64,000 nt of DNA from NCBI GenBank assembly GCA_963797635.1, contig CAWCPZ010000011.1:563248-627247 (forward strand), read 5' to 3'. The notes under the pieces were generated by a model. It had not been told where the DNA came from. It did not search any database and saw only the letters and a program-made list of their open reading frames with translations. Source of the stretch: an uncultured Actinomycetes bacterium (GTDB lineage: Bacteria > Actinomycetota > UBA4738 > HRBIN12). Below, piece after piece: positions 1-8,195 of the stretch. Made by a program: the position numbers and the translations under genes. Positions within the stretch are counted from its first letter, which is position 1. Every line of letters begins with the position of its first letter.

Positions 1-593
1 GGCAGCGTCCACGAATCGCTGGGCGCGAACATCCGATCCTGCAGCGTGTAGCGCTTGGCGTACTTCCAGTAGTTCGGGATCTCCCGCGCCGTGTGGAAGC
101 CCATGACGTCGGGCTGGCCGGCCGGCCCGTTCCTCGCCTTCCTGCACGGGTAGTAGTCACGGTTCTCGGGCTTGGAGCAGCCGTTGCCGATCTGGCGCAG
201 CGAACGTACGAACCCGTCCATCTTGCCGCCGTCGATCGAGATCCTCGAGCCCTGTTCGCCGTGCGGTCCGCCCTGATCGAACTGGTTCAGGTCGTGGTAG
301 GGCCTGCGGCACGGACCCTTCGGATCGGGCACACACGGCTTGAAGCGACCGTTGGGGAACCGAGGGATGCCGTTGGCACCGGGGAACGTCCCGAAGTAGT
401 GATCGAACGAGCGGTTCTCCTGCACGATGAACACGAAGTGGTCGATGTTCTCGATGCCGGCCGCCGGGTCGATGCCTCTCGGAGGCGTCGCGGAGGCGGT
501 GGCCTCGACCGACGACGGCACGGCGGCGGCGATGATGCCCAGGACGATGAGCGGCAGCAGGATGCGGAGGGCGCGGGTCATGGAATCGCGCAT
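1..593 (-). CDS. Secreted phosphoesterase family protein (phospholipase C / acid phosphatase type), 5' part only; the 3' end lies beyond the window start
   Basis: Own minus-strand translation from ATG 593 (second in-frame ATG at 581): MRDSMTRALRILLPLIVLGIIAAAVPSSVEA (signal peptide), then [26 protein letters not shown], the phosphoesterase signature. Clear paralog of ORF 656..2041. GGGAG lies 8 nt upstream of ATG 593. Not in the ORF track because no stop falls inside the window. Confidence 0.8.
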   Translation of the reverse strand, partial: MRDSMTRALRILLPLIVLGIIAAAVPSSVEATASATPPRGIDPAAGIENIDHFVFIVQENRSFDHYFGTFPGANGIPRFPNGRFKPCVPDPKGPCRRPYHDLNQFDQGGPHGEQGSRISIDGGKMDGFVRSLRQIGNGCSKPENRDYYPCRKARNGPAGQPDVMGFHTAREIPNYWKYAKRYTLQDRMFAPSDSWTL

Positions 594-616
594 GCTACCC
601 GCTCCCCCGGCCCGCT

Positions 617-637
617 CAGGGAGCCGCTCGCTCCCTG
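617..637 (-). terminator. Intergenic hairpin (8-bp stem CAGGGAGC/GCTCCCTG, 5-nt loop) between the two phosphoesterase paralogs
   Basis: Inverted repeat read directly from the sequence. It lies between the stop of the upstream paralog (656) and the start of the downstream one (593). No U-tract, so terminator function is only inferred. Confidence 0.3.
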
Positions 638-655
638 ACACAGGATCGCCATCGG

Positions 656-2129
656 TCAGCCCGGTTCTGGATCCAGCACGAGGGGCGGCAGCGGTTCCTG
701 CTCGAAGTCGAAGATGTCGCGCAGGTCACCGAGGCCGGGCACCTCCTCGCGCACGGTGGGCCGCGAGTCCGGCCATCCCCAGTTCTCGCCGTCGAGCCGT
801 CGCCCGTCGATGAACCGGTCCTCGATCAGCTTCAAGAACGAATCGAACGAATATCGCTGGTGGTCCACGTCCAGGTCGCTGTCGACCCATGGACTGATCA
901 CGATGCCGGGGACACGGATGCCGTAGCCGAACTCGTCCACCCTCGGCGGCAGCACGTGGTCGTAGAAGCCGCCCCAGTCGTCCCACGTGAGGAAGATCGC
1001 CGTGCGTTCCCACTGCTCGGGCGGTCCCTGCATGATCGAGTTGACGACGCGTGTGACCCACGCCTGGCCGGTGGCGATGTTCCCCAGTTCGTCGCCCGGG
1101 TGCTCGCTCCGGCCGGCCGTGGGCACCACCCAGGACACGGACGGGAGGTCGCCGGTCTTGATCGAGTTGAAGAAGTCCGCATACGGCGCCACGTTGCCCA
1201 ACTGTCCGCTCTGTCGCACCGTCTGGAACCCGGGCAGCGGATTGAAGATCGGGTTCGTGGAGCGAGCGTTCCGCTGGGGCTTGCACGGGTTGTCGACGCA
1301 GCTGTCCGGGCCCACGTAGTAGCCCCAGCTCACGCCCGCCTTGCCCAGCATCCACGTGATGTCGCCCCACGCGTACGGCATCTTCGCGCCCTGCTTCAGC
1401 GGCCACCACTGATCGGGCTTGCGGACCTGGGTGTTGCAGCTCATCGGGTCGTTCAGATCGGGGCAGCGCGCCGTCCAGCCCGACACCAGCGCCAGGTGCG
1501 AGGGAAGCGTCCAGGAGTCGGTGGGCGCGAACATGTGGTCCTGGAGCAGGTAGTGACGCGCGTACGCCCAGTAGTTCGGGATCTCCTTGGCGGTGTGGTA
1601 GCCCATCACGTCGGGCGTGCCGTCGGGGCCGGGGTGCGTGAGCGGGCAGGGGGACTTCGTCGGGTCGTGCAGGCACGAGTTCCCGATCGACTCGAGCGCC
1701 TGGATGTACCCGTCCATGCGCCCGCCGTTCACATCGATCAGGGATGCGTGGGAGTTGTGCGGTCCTCCGGCGTCGTACAGGTTCGTGTCGTGGTACGGCG
1801 TCCGGCACACGCCACCGGCGAACGGATCGGGCACGCACACGTCGAAGGAACCGTCATCGTTGCGCGGGATGCCGTCGGCCCCCGGGAAGGTGCCGAAGTA
1901 GTGGTCGAAGGACCGGTTCTCCTGCACCACGAACACCAGGTGGTCGATGTTGCCGAAGCCCAGCGACGGGTCGATCGTCGAACCCTGCGTGGCCGACGGC
2001 GTGGTGGGCGTGGAGGCGGCGACCGACCCCGTGGGCTGCACGGTCGGGTCGTCGGCTGGAACAGGTCGCGGCGGTCGCGGCGAACGCCAGGGCGAGCGCG
2101 ACCACGACGAACACGCCCCGGGATCTCAT
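656..2129 (-). pseudogene. Phosphoesterase family protein (phospholipase C / acid phosphatase type); signal peptide out of frame with the catalytic part
   Basis: ORF 656..2041 (461 aa) contains [24 protein letters not shown]. The signal peptide [22 protein letters not shown] starts at ATG 2129 but in the frame of ORF 1854..2174. The two frames join if one nt is skipped around 2045-2075. Alternative reading: GTG start at 2041, giving a protein with no signal peptide. Confidence 0.8.
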
Positions 2130-2298
2130 CCGGGCGACGGTACCCGGCGGATATGGGGATGTCCAACAACGCATCCCGGACGCGAGAACCAGCAGCCGCC
2201 GCTACGATGACCCGCACGCGGCTCCGGCCGAGCGCCGGAACCATCGATACGACCGCCACCATCGACGCCCATCACCACCGCAAGGAGTTGAGCCCCGA

Positions 2299-3762
2299 AT
2301 GAGCGACAGCAGTCACCGAGCAGCACGGATCCCGGTCACCCTGATCCCGGGCGACGGCATCGGTCCGGAGTGCGTGACCGCGGCATGCCGGATCATCGAG
2401 GCCACCGGCGCACCCATCGACTGGGAAGACGCCGAGGCCGGTGCCGAGGTCTTCAAGAAGGGCATCGCCTCCGGCGTGCCGCAGGAGACGATGGACTCGA
2501 TCACGCGCACGCGCGTTGCGCTCAAGGGACCGTTGGAGACCCCCGTCGGGTTCGGGGAGAAGAGCGCCAACGTGACGCTCCGCAAGCTCTTCGAGACCTA
2601 CGCGAACGTCCGACCGGTGCGTGAGATGCCCGGCGTCACGACCCCGTATTCGGGCCGGGGCATCGACCTGGTGATGGTCCGGGAGAACGTCGAGGACCTG
2701 TATGCCGGCATCGAATACATGCAGACCCCGGGGGTCGCGCAGGCGCTGAAGCTGATCAGCGTGAAGGGCTCGGAGAAGATCGCTCGGTTCGCGTTCGAGT
2801 ACGCGCGCAGCGAGGGTCGCAGCAGCGTCGCGTGCGCCACGAAGGCCAACATCATGAAGTTCTCCGAAGGCACGCTGAAGCGCGTGTTCGAGTCGGTGGC
2901 GCCCGACTACCCCGAGATCGAATCGTGGCACGTGATCGTGGACAACGCCGCCCACCAGCTGGTGAAGAAGCCCGAGCAGTACGAGGTGATCGTCACCACG
3001 AACATGAACGGCGACATCCTGTCCGACCTCTCGAGCGCATTGATCGGCGGACTGGGATTCGCGCCGAGCGCCAACATCGGCAACGAGGTGGCGATCTTCG
3101 AAGCGGTGCACGGGTCGGCGCCCAAGTACGCGGGCAAGAACGTGATCAACCCCACCGCCGTGATCCTGTCGAGCGTGCTGATGCTGCGTTCCCTCGGCCT
3201 GTTCGAAGAAGCGAGCGCGATCGAGCACGCGGTCTTCGTGACGCTGGAATCGGGCACGCTGACCGGTGACGTGGTGGGCTACGACGCCGGTGTCTCCACC
3301 ACCGACTACACCGACGCCATCATCGGGAACCTCGGCAACAAGACCGACCGATGGACGATCCGCGAGGTCCGGCCGCTGAAGCTCCCGGAGCTCTCGCCCG
3401 ACCCCGACTACGTGAAGGTGAGCTCACGCGCGGTCGTGGGCCTGGATGTGTTCGTGGAGTCCCCGATGTCGGCCGAGGAGCTGGGCGCCTCGCTCACCGA
3501 GCTCGCCACCGGCACGCGGCTGGAGCTGAAGATGATCTCGAGCCGCGGCACGAAGGTGTACCCGCCGACCGGCACGATCACCGACACGCTGGACCACTGG
3601 CGGTGCCGGTTCATCATCCGCGAGGACCCGGGCGACCTCTGGGACGAGGACGTGCACCAGTTGCTGGCTCGCATCAGCCGCCGTCACACCTGGATGCACA
3701 CCGAGAAGCTGCAGGAGTTCGACGGGGAGCTCGGGTTCACCCGCGACCAGGGCGAGAACTAG
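2299..3762 (+). CDS. Isocitrate/isopropylmalate dehydrogenase family protein, NAD-dependent isocitrate dehydrogenase-like, with a C-terminal extension of about 137 aa
   Basis: In-frame ATG 2299 within ORF 1744..3762, preceded by AAGGAG (2282-2287). Sequence IPVTLIPGDGIGPE...SANVTLRKLFETYANVRP...NMNGDILSDL...HGSAPKYAGKNVINP is typical of the Iso_dh fold. The 185 aa upstream in the track ORF are R/P-rich and look spurious. Confidence 0.85.
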   Translation: MSDSSHRAARIPVTLIPGDGIGPECVTAACRIIEATGAPIDWEDAEAGAEVFKKGIASGVPQETMDSITRTRVALKGPLETPVGFGEKSANVTLRKLFETYANVRPVREMPGVTTPYSGRGIDLVMVRENVEDLYAGIEYMQTPGVAQALKLISVKGSEKIARFAFEYARSEGRSSVACATKANIMKFSEGTLKRVFESVAPDYPEIESWHVIVDNAAHQLVKKPEQYEVIVTTNMNGDILSDLSSALIGGLGFAPSANIGNEVAIFEAVHGSAPKYAGKNVINPTAVILSSVLMLRSLGLFEEASAIEHAVFVTLESGTLTGDVVGYDAGVSTTDYTDAIIGNLGNKTDRWTIREVRPLKLPELSPDPDYVKVSSRAVVGLDVFVESPMSAEELGASLTELATGTRLELKMISSRGTKVYPPTGTITDTLDHWRCRFIIREDPGDLWDEDVHQLLARISRRHTWMHTEKLQEFDGELGFTRDQGEN

Positions 3763-4248
3763 TGCCCTCGGCATCGCCGCCGGTCGTCACCCTCCGGCCG
3801 ATGACGGAGGCGGAATACGAGGCGTACGTCCCCCACGCCACCGAGACGTACGCGGTCGACCTGGCGCGGAACAACCTGGTGAGCGAGGAGGAGGGCTGGG
3901 CGCGGTCGCGACGCTCCTTCGACACGGAGCTGCCGGACGGGATCCACACCCCCGACCAGCGGCTCCTCATCGCGGAGGATGCCGAAGGGCGACTGGTCGG
4001 CTACCTCTGGCTCGCGCGGAAGCCCGAGACCGACACCGTTGTTCATCTACGACATCGAGGTGGTCGCCGAACGCCGAGGTGAAGGCTTCGGGCGGAGCCT
4101 GATGGAGCACGTGGAGGTCGAGGGCCGTGCGATGGGTCTGGGCCGGATCGAGCTCAACGTCCACGCCGACAACGAGGTGGCGCGTTCGCTGTACGAGTCC
4201 GCGGGCTATCGCGAGATGCGACGCCAGATGGTCAAGCTGCTCGACTGA
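3762..4248 (+). pseudogene. GNAT-family N-acetyltransferase, frame break near 4038-4042
   Basis: GTG 3762 overlaps the preceding TAG (TAGTG). The N-terminal part (VVTLRPMTEAEYEAYV...GYLWLARKPETDT) is in the frame of ORF 3351..4082. The C-terminal part (FIYDIEVVAERRGEGFGRSLMEH...NEVARSLYESAGY, the acetyl-CoA binding motif) is in ORF 3979..4248. Skipping one nt restores DTVFIYDIEV. Confidence 0.75.
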
Positions 4249-4260
4249 CGTCGGGGAAGG

Positions 4261-4325
4261 ATCGTCCGGAGACTCGGTCCTGAACTGGCGAGGGTGAGCG
4301 CGCGAGGACCGGGTCTCCGGACGAT
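4261..4325. terminator. Long imperfect inverted repeat (20-nt arms with 1 mismatch, 25-nt loop) between convergent genes
   Basis: ATCGTCCGGAGACTCGGTCC (4261-4280) pairs with GGACCGGGTCTCCGGACGAT (4306-4325). It lies between the GNAT stop (4248) and the stop of the small minus-strand ORF (4328). Confidence 0.5.
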
Positions 4326-4327
4326 GG

Positions 4328-4480
4328 TTACCGGCTGGGGCGAGCCGGACGCCGTGGCGGGGAGGTCTCGGAACGACCCGCGTCACGATGTCCTTCGGTG
4401 AGCCGGCGAGCCGATTCGGCCGCTTGACGGAGCTGCTGCTCCCGCTGCCGTACGACTTCCTGGTGTCCGATCGGGTTCAT
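4328..4480 (-). CDS. Small hypothetical protein (50 aa)
   Basis: Internal ATG 4480 of ORF 4328..4546, preceded by a strong Shine-Dalgarno (GGAGGAGGG). Product MNPIGHQEVVRQREQQLRQAAESARRLTEGH... No recognisable family. Divergent from the ArsR-type regulator. Confidence 0.35.
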   Translation of the reverse strand: MNPIGHQEVVRQREQQLRQAAESARRLTEGHRDAGRSETSPPRRPARPSR

Positions 4481-4504
4481 CGTCCCTCCTCCTTTCGGCG
4501 ATTG

Positions 4505-4519
4505 CTTGAACGTTTCAAG
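4505..4519. promoter_or_regulatory. Candidate operator: perfect inverted repeat CTTGAA-CGT-TTCAAG in the divergent region upstream of the ArsR-type gene
   Basis: Seen directly. It is an AT-rich palindrome in an otherwise GC-rich spacer. The TGAA..TTCA core resembles ArsR/SmtB-type operators. A TAAGCT -10-like hexamer lies 12 nt before ATG 4576. Confidence 0.35.
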
Positions 4520-4575
4520 GCGCAGGATACGGTCTTGTGTTCCCACACGATAGCGATTAAGCTAACCCGAAAGCG

Positions 4576-5581
4576 ATGGCCATCTCGATCCTGCTCTCGG
4601 GCGAAGACCTGGCGGAGACGCGGTTCGCGTTCTCCCCCATCTGGGAACTCGGCATGAGCTTGTACAAGCCCATGCGCGACCCGGCGAAGCACGCGCTGCA
4701 CCTCCCGTGGGTCCAGGAAGCCCGCAAGGCCATCGAGGGCCACGACCTTTCCCTCTTGTTCGCGGTGGTGCCGCCGGAAGGGATCGGGCCGAACGTGCAT
4801 CCCTACATCCCCGACTTCCTCACCCCGCCGCCGGAGACGCCGTTCCCCGAGTTCGAGGACGAGCTCGAGCACGTGGGTCGCACCGACCCCGATCAGGTGC
4901 GTCGCGAGCTGGAGCACATGATCGGATCGCTCCAGGGCGCGTCGGTCGGCGCCCTCACGATGGACATCCTCGAAGACCCGGCTCCGTTCCTGCCCAGGCT
5001 GGTCGAGCAGATGCGCGAGTACTGGAAGCTGGCGATCGAGCCGCACTGGCCGCGCATCCGCCAGCTCCACGAAGCCGACGTCACCTACCGGGCGCGACAG
5101 TTGGCGCTGGGCGGCGCCGAGCTGCTCTTCGCCGACCTGCACCCCATGCTGGAATGGCAGGACGGCTCCCTGGTCCTGAACAAGCAGTTCTGCGAAAGCG
5201 TCGATCCGGCGGGGCGCGGCCTGATCCTGATCCCCGCGCGTGTTCGACTGGCCCGGCGTCGCGGTCCTGATCGAAGGCGACCAGCCCGTCCTGTCCTACT
5301 CCCCCCGCGGCATCGCCACGCTGTGGGACGATGCGCCGCCCCAGCGCACGGGCGCGATGGACGAGCTGATCGGCGGCACGCGCGCGGACCTGCTGCGCGT
5401 GCTGGAGGTGCCCATGACCACCGGCGAACTGGCGCGGCGGCTGCATCTGACGCCGGCCGCGATCTCCCAGCAACTCGGGCTGCTCCGGCGGGCGGGCGTG
5501 GTGGACGCGAGGCGCCAGGGGCGTGAGGTCTACACCGAGCTGACACCGGAAGGTCGCAAGCTGCTCGACCTGCTCGGTTGA
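4576..5581 (+). pseudogene. ArsR-family transcriptional regulator with a long N-terminal (DUF5937-like) domain, frame break near 5235-5241
   Basis: The N-terminal 220 aa are in ORF 4576..5526. The C-terminal winged-helix part (GGTRADLLRVLEVPMTTGELARRLHLTPAAISQQLGLLRRAGVVDARRQGREVYTEL) is in ORF 5240..5581. Skipping one nt joins ...GRGLILIPA to VFDWPGVAVLIEG. Confidence 0.75.
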
Positions 5582-5617
5582 TGGATTGCTAGACTGCCCG
5601 ACGGCCGACCGGCCCGA

Positions 5618-5693
5618 GGTCCCATCGTCTAGAGGCCTAGGACATCACCCTCTCAAGGTGAAGACACGGGTTCAAATCCCGTTGGGACTACCA
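5618..5693 (+). tRNA. tRNA-Glu (anticodon CUC), CCA encoded
   Basis: Hand-folded cloverleaf of 76 nt. Acceptor stem GGTCCCA/TGGGACT (G1-U72 wobble), D stem GTCT/GGAC, anticodon stem TCACC/GGTGA, loop CTCTCAA (U33, anticodon CTC, A37), T arm ACGGG-TTCAAAT-CCCGT, discriminator A plus CCA. Confidence 0.9.
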
Positions 5694-5796
5694 CCGCTGA
5701 CCTGCGGCTCCAGCGAAGGCGAACGTCCGCACGGGAGAGGTATCTACGAGCTGCTCGGCGGACCGACGGGTAGGTCACAAGGACGAGTTGCGAGAT

Positions 5797-6360
5797 TCAT
5801 GGCTCTATCCGCTTGACGACCTCGGCTCCGCCATCGGTCACTCGAACCCGTAAGTACCCCGTCCCGTCGGCGACGGTCCCAGCTTCGAGCCGCGCATGGG
5901 TGCTTCCGGAGCGCCTGGCGGTCCACGTGAGTTCCCCGGTCGTGCAGAACTGCGTCTCCTGGTGATCGTCGGTCAGGCGGGCCGCGGAGACGAGGAGGGA
6001 ACCCGATGCATGCCGGAAGCCGATCGCTCCATCCATCGCGAAGTACATGAAGTCAAAGTCCTCCTCGAACGCGAACTCTCCACCCTCGTCAAGCCTCATG
6101 CCCGCCCCCATGAAGAAGTCGGTCGTCCAGGCTTCGGTGGTGGCGTCCTCGCACGTGAGCGTGAAGTCGATAGAGATCGCCCTGAGGAATCGACGCCCAT
6201 CGTCCTTCTTCAAGACATCGATCGTGACGTGCCTCCACGTTGGAGCAGCAGAGGTCTTGCCGTCGAAATGGATGAGCCGGGCAGCGGAGGCTGGGACGGC
6301 CAGGGTCACGGCGAGCGCGAGCGCGACGGTAATTGAGACCGCGGTGCGGGTCATTCGCAT
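5797..6360 (-). CDS. Secreted hypothetical protein (187 aa), paralog of 6369..6914
   Basis: Internal ATG 6360 of the fused track ORF 5797..6942, with AGGAG 7 nt upstream. Signal peptide MRMTRTAVSITVALALAVTLAVPASA. Motifs shared with the neighbour: KKDDGRRFL, LTCEDATT, DGAIGFRHASG, CTTGELTWT. Confidence 0.7.
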   Translation of the reverse strand: MRMTRTAVSITVALALAVTLAVPASAARLIHFDGKTSAAPTWRHVTIDVLKKDDGRRFLRAISIDFTLTCEDATTEAWTTDFFMGAGMRLDEGGEFAFEEDFDFMYFAMDGAIGFRHASGSLLVSAARLTDDHQETQFCTTGELTWTARRSGSTHARLEAGTVADGTGYLRVRVTDGGAEVVKRIEP

Positions 6361-6368
6361 TGTCACTC

Positions 6369-6914
6369 CTAGTGTCCGTGTACGACGCGGAGCTTCAAGT
6401 AGCTCCCGCCCCCTGGGACACCCATAGACGACGGCTCGGCCTGAGTGTGAGGGATTCGCTCGACCGTCCAGGTCAACTCTCCGGTCGTACATAGTTGGGT
6501 ATCGGTCCCGTCGGCGGTGACCTCGGCGGTACTCAGAAGGTAGGTTCCGCTCCCGTGTCGGAAACCGATCGTCCCATCGACACGCACATACGTTGCTGAA
6601 TCCTCGAACTCGTCGCTGTCGTCGATCACCCGGGAGAACGACCCGTCTTCGCCCAAGCGACCGATGCCGATGATGACGCTGGACTTGAACGTGGTGGCGT
6701 CTTCGCACGTGAGGACTGACCGGACAGCGATGAATTGGAGGAATCGGCGACCGCTGTCCTTCTTCAACACGTACGCGATCACGCGGTTGTAGGAGGGAGC
6801 CGAGGTTTCCCCTCGGTACTCGATGAGCTGTGCCGCGGAAGCAGGCAACGCCAAGACCAGCGAGAGGAGAATTGCGACAGATAGCGCCAGGACGGTCCGG
6901 GTCAAAGTTCGCAT
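6369..6914 (-). CDS. Secreted hypothetical protein (181 aa), paralog of 5797..6360
   Basis: ORF 6369..6914, with GAGGAGGA upstream of the ATG. Signal peptide MRTLTRTVLALSVAILLSLVLALPASA. Shares KKDSGRRFL, LTCEDATT, DGTIGFRHGSG and CTTGELTWT with the downstream gene. Confidence 0.7.
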   Translation of the reverse strand: MRTLTRTVLALSVAILLSLVLALPASAAQLIEYRGETSAPSYNRVIAYVLKKDSGRRFLQFIAVRSVLTCEDATTFKSSVIIGIGRLGEDGSFSRVIDDSDEFEDSATYVRVDGTIGFRHGSGTYLLSTAEVTADGTDTQLCTTGELTWTVERIPHTQAEPSSMGVPGGGSYLKLRVVHGH

Positions 6915-7396
6915 GATCCTCCTCGGTTGCGTGGGCAGGCACCGAGCATCTTGGGGCCGTCAGACTCGTGGGTCAACGAAGAGCCTGATTTGCGGCGAGC
7001 AGGCCGACCCTCGACAACGCGACGACGATTCACGAAACTGCTGAAGCATGGCGGTCTCGCCGGGTTCGGTCTCGATCGCGGGCACGGTCAGCGGCTCTTC
7101 TTGTACCCCGTGGTCTTGGTGGCCCTGCTTCGGGCGGCGACATCCACCTTGGAGGGGAACTGCTGTTTCGACTGGAAGAGCTGCTTCAGCCACCGGACGA
7201 ACCTCATGATCTACCTACCTCCGCTCCGCAGAACTGATCACTCTTCAAGGTCATGTTAGGTCGCAAGTCCATCTCCTGATCCCGTTTGACCCCGGTCTCC
7301 TCGCTTACTCCTGCGGCTGTAAGGACAGCCCGCCGTGCCCTCGTAGAAGGTCGCATACGACGTTCGATCGCAGTTCGATCGATACGACGAACCTGC

Positions 7397-8170
7397 TCAG
7401 CTACCCGGCGCGCGAGCATGGACGGCGGTGAAGGCGATCGTTTCGGTCCACCATCCCGGATCGGCGCAATGGGCGAGGAAGGCGTCGATCAGTCGGTCAT
7501 CCACCTGTCCTGACCCGACGAGCTGGTCCCGGAGCTCGGTGATCGTCTCCGTCCAGTAGTGCGCCCACGGCGAGTCCCCCTGATACACGGCCGTCTCGGC
7601 GGTCCCGGCGACCTGCTCGAGACCTGCCGCCGCGAGCCGCGGGGCCAGGGTTCGACCGATGTGGTAGTCGATCCCCTGGTCGCGCGACCACGCGAGCCAC
7701 CCGTCCCAGAACGCTCGCACGTCGGGCGGCTCGGCGACGCTGACCGGGAGGAAGTCCGGCTCGATCAGCAGGATCCCTCCCCCCGGCGCCAAGCCGGCGA
7801 CGAGGTTCCGGATGGCCGCATCGGCGTCGGTGACGTGATGCAGGACGGCCCGCGCAGTGACGAGATCGAAGGTGCCGGGATCGACCGGCGCGGCGACGAT
7901 GTCGCCGACTCGCAACTCGAGTTGCGGCGCCTGCACGTCGACGAGCGAGAGGTCGAGATCCACCGCGACCACGTGACCGCCGGGTCCGACACGTTCGGCG
8001 AGCCACGCGGAGATCGAGCCGTTGCCGCAGCCCACCTCGAGCGCCCGCGTCCCCTCCCCGATCCCCAACGACTCGAGGTGTCGTCGGTGCATCGGGTCGA
8101 GCAGTCGCGACATGAGCGCCAGCCGCGCGGCTTCACCTTCGAGGTGGTGGTCCAGGACGTACTTGCCCAT
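7397..8170 (-). CDS. Class I SAM-dependent methyltransferase
   Basis: ORF 7397..8170 (257 aa). Motif I LEVGCGNGSIS, then VVAVDLD and ILLIEPD, typical of the Rossmann-fold methyltransferase family. Confidence 0.85.
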   Translation of the reverse strand: MGKYVLDHHLEGEAARLALMSRLLDPMHRRHLESLGIGEGTRALEVGCGNGSISAWLAERVGPGGHVVAVDLDLSLVDVQAPQLELRVGDIVAAPVDPGTFDLVTARAVLHHVTDADAAIRNLVAGLAPGGGILLIEPDFLPVSVAEPPDVRAFWDGWLAWSRDQGIDYHIGRTLAPRLAAAGLEQVAGTAETAVYQGDSPWAHYWTETITELRDQLVGSGQVDDRLIDAFLAHCADPGWWTETIAFTAVHARAPGS

Positions 8171-8195
8171 GCACCCGATCCTACGGGGCCGAGAC

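Noticed and set aside
1744-2298. 185-aa N-terminal extension of the dehydrogenase ORF (track ORF 1744..3762)
   Set aside because: The extension is R/P-rich, overlaps the phosphoesterase gene on the other strand and its upstream region, and precedes a good AAGGAG-ATG (2299) that gives a canonical N-terminus.
5618-7400. Genomic island integrated at tRNA-Glu
   Set aside because: No integrase, excisionase or transposase ORF is present. The only repeat of the tRNA 3' part is an 8-nt match (ATCCCGTT at 5676-5683 and 7279-7286), too short to call an att site. The lower GC of 6950-7400 was judged by eye only. It is kept as context for the secreted-paralog finding, not as a mobile element.
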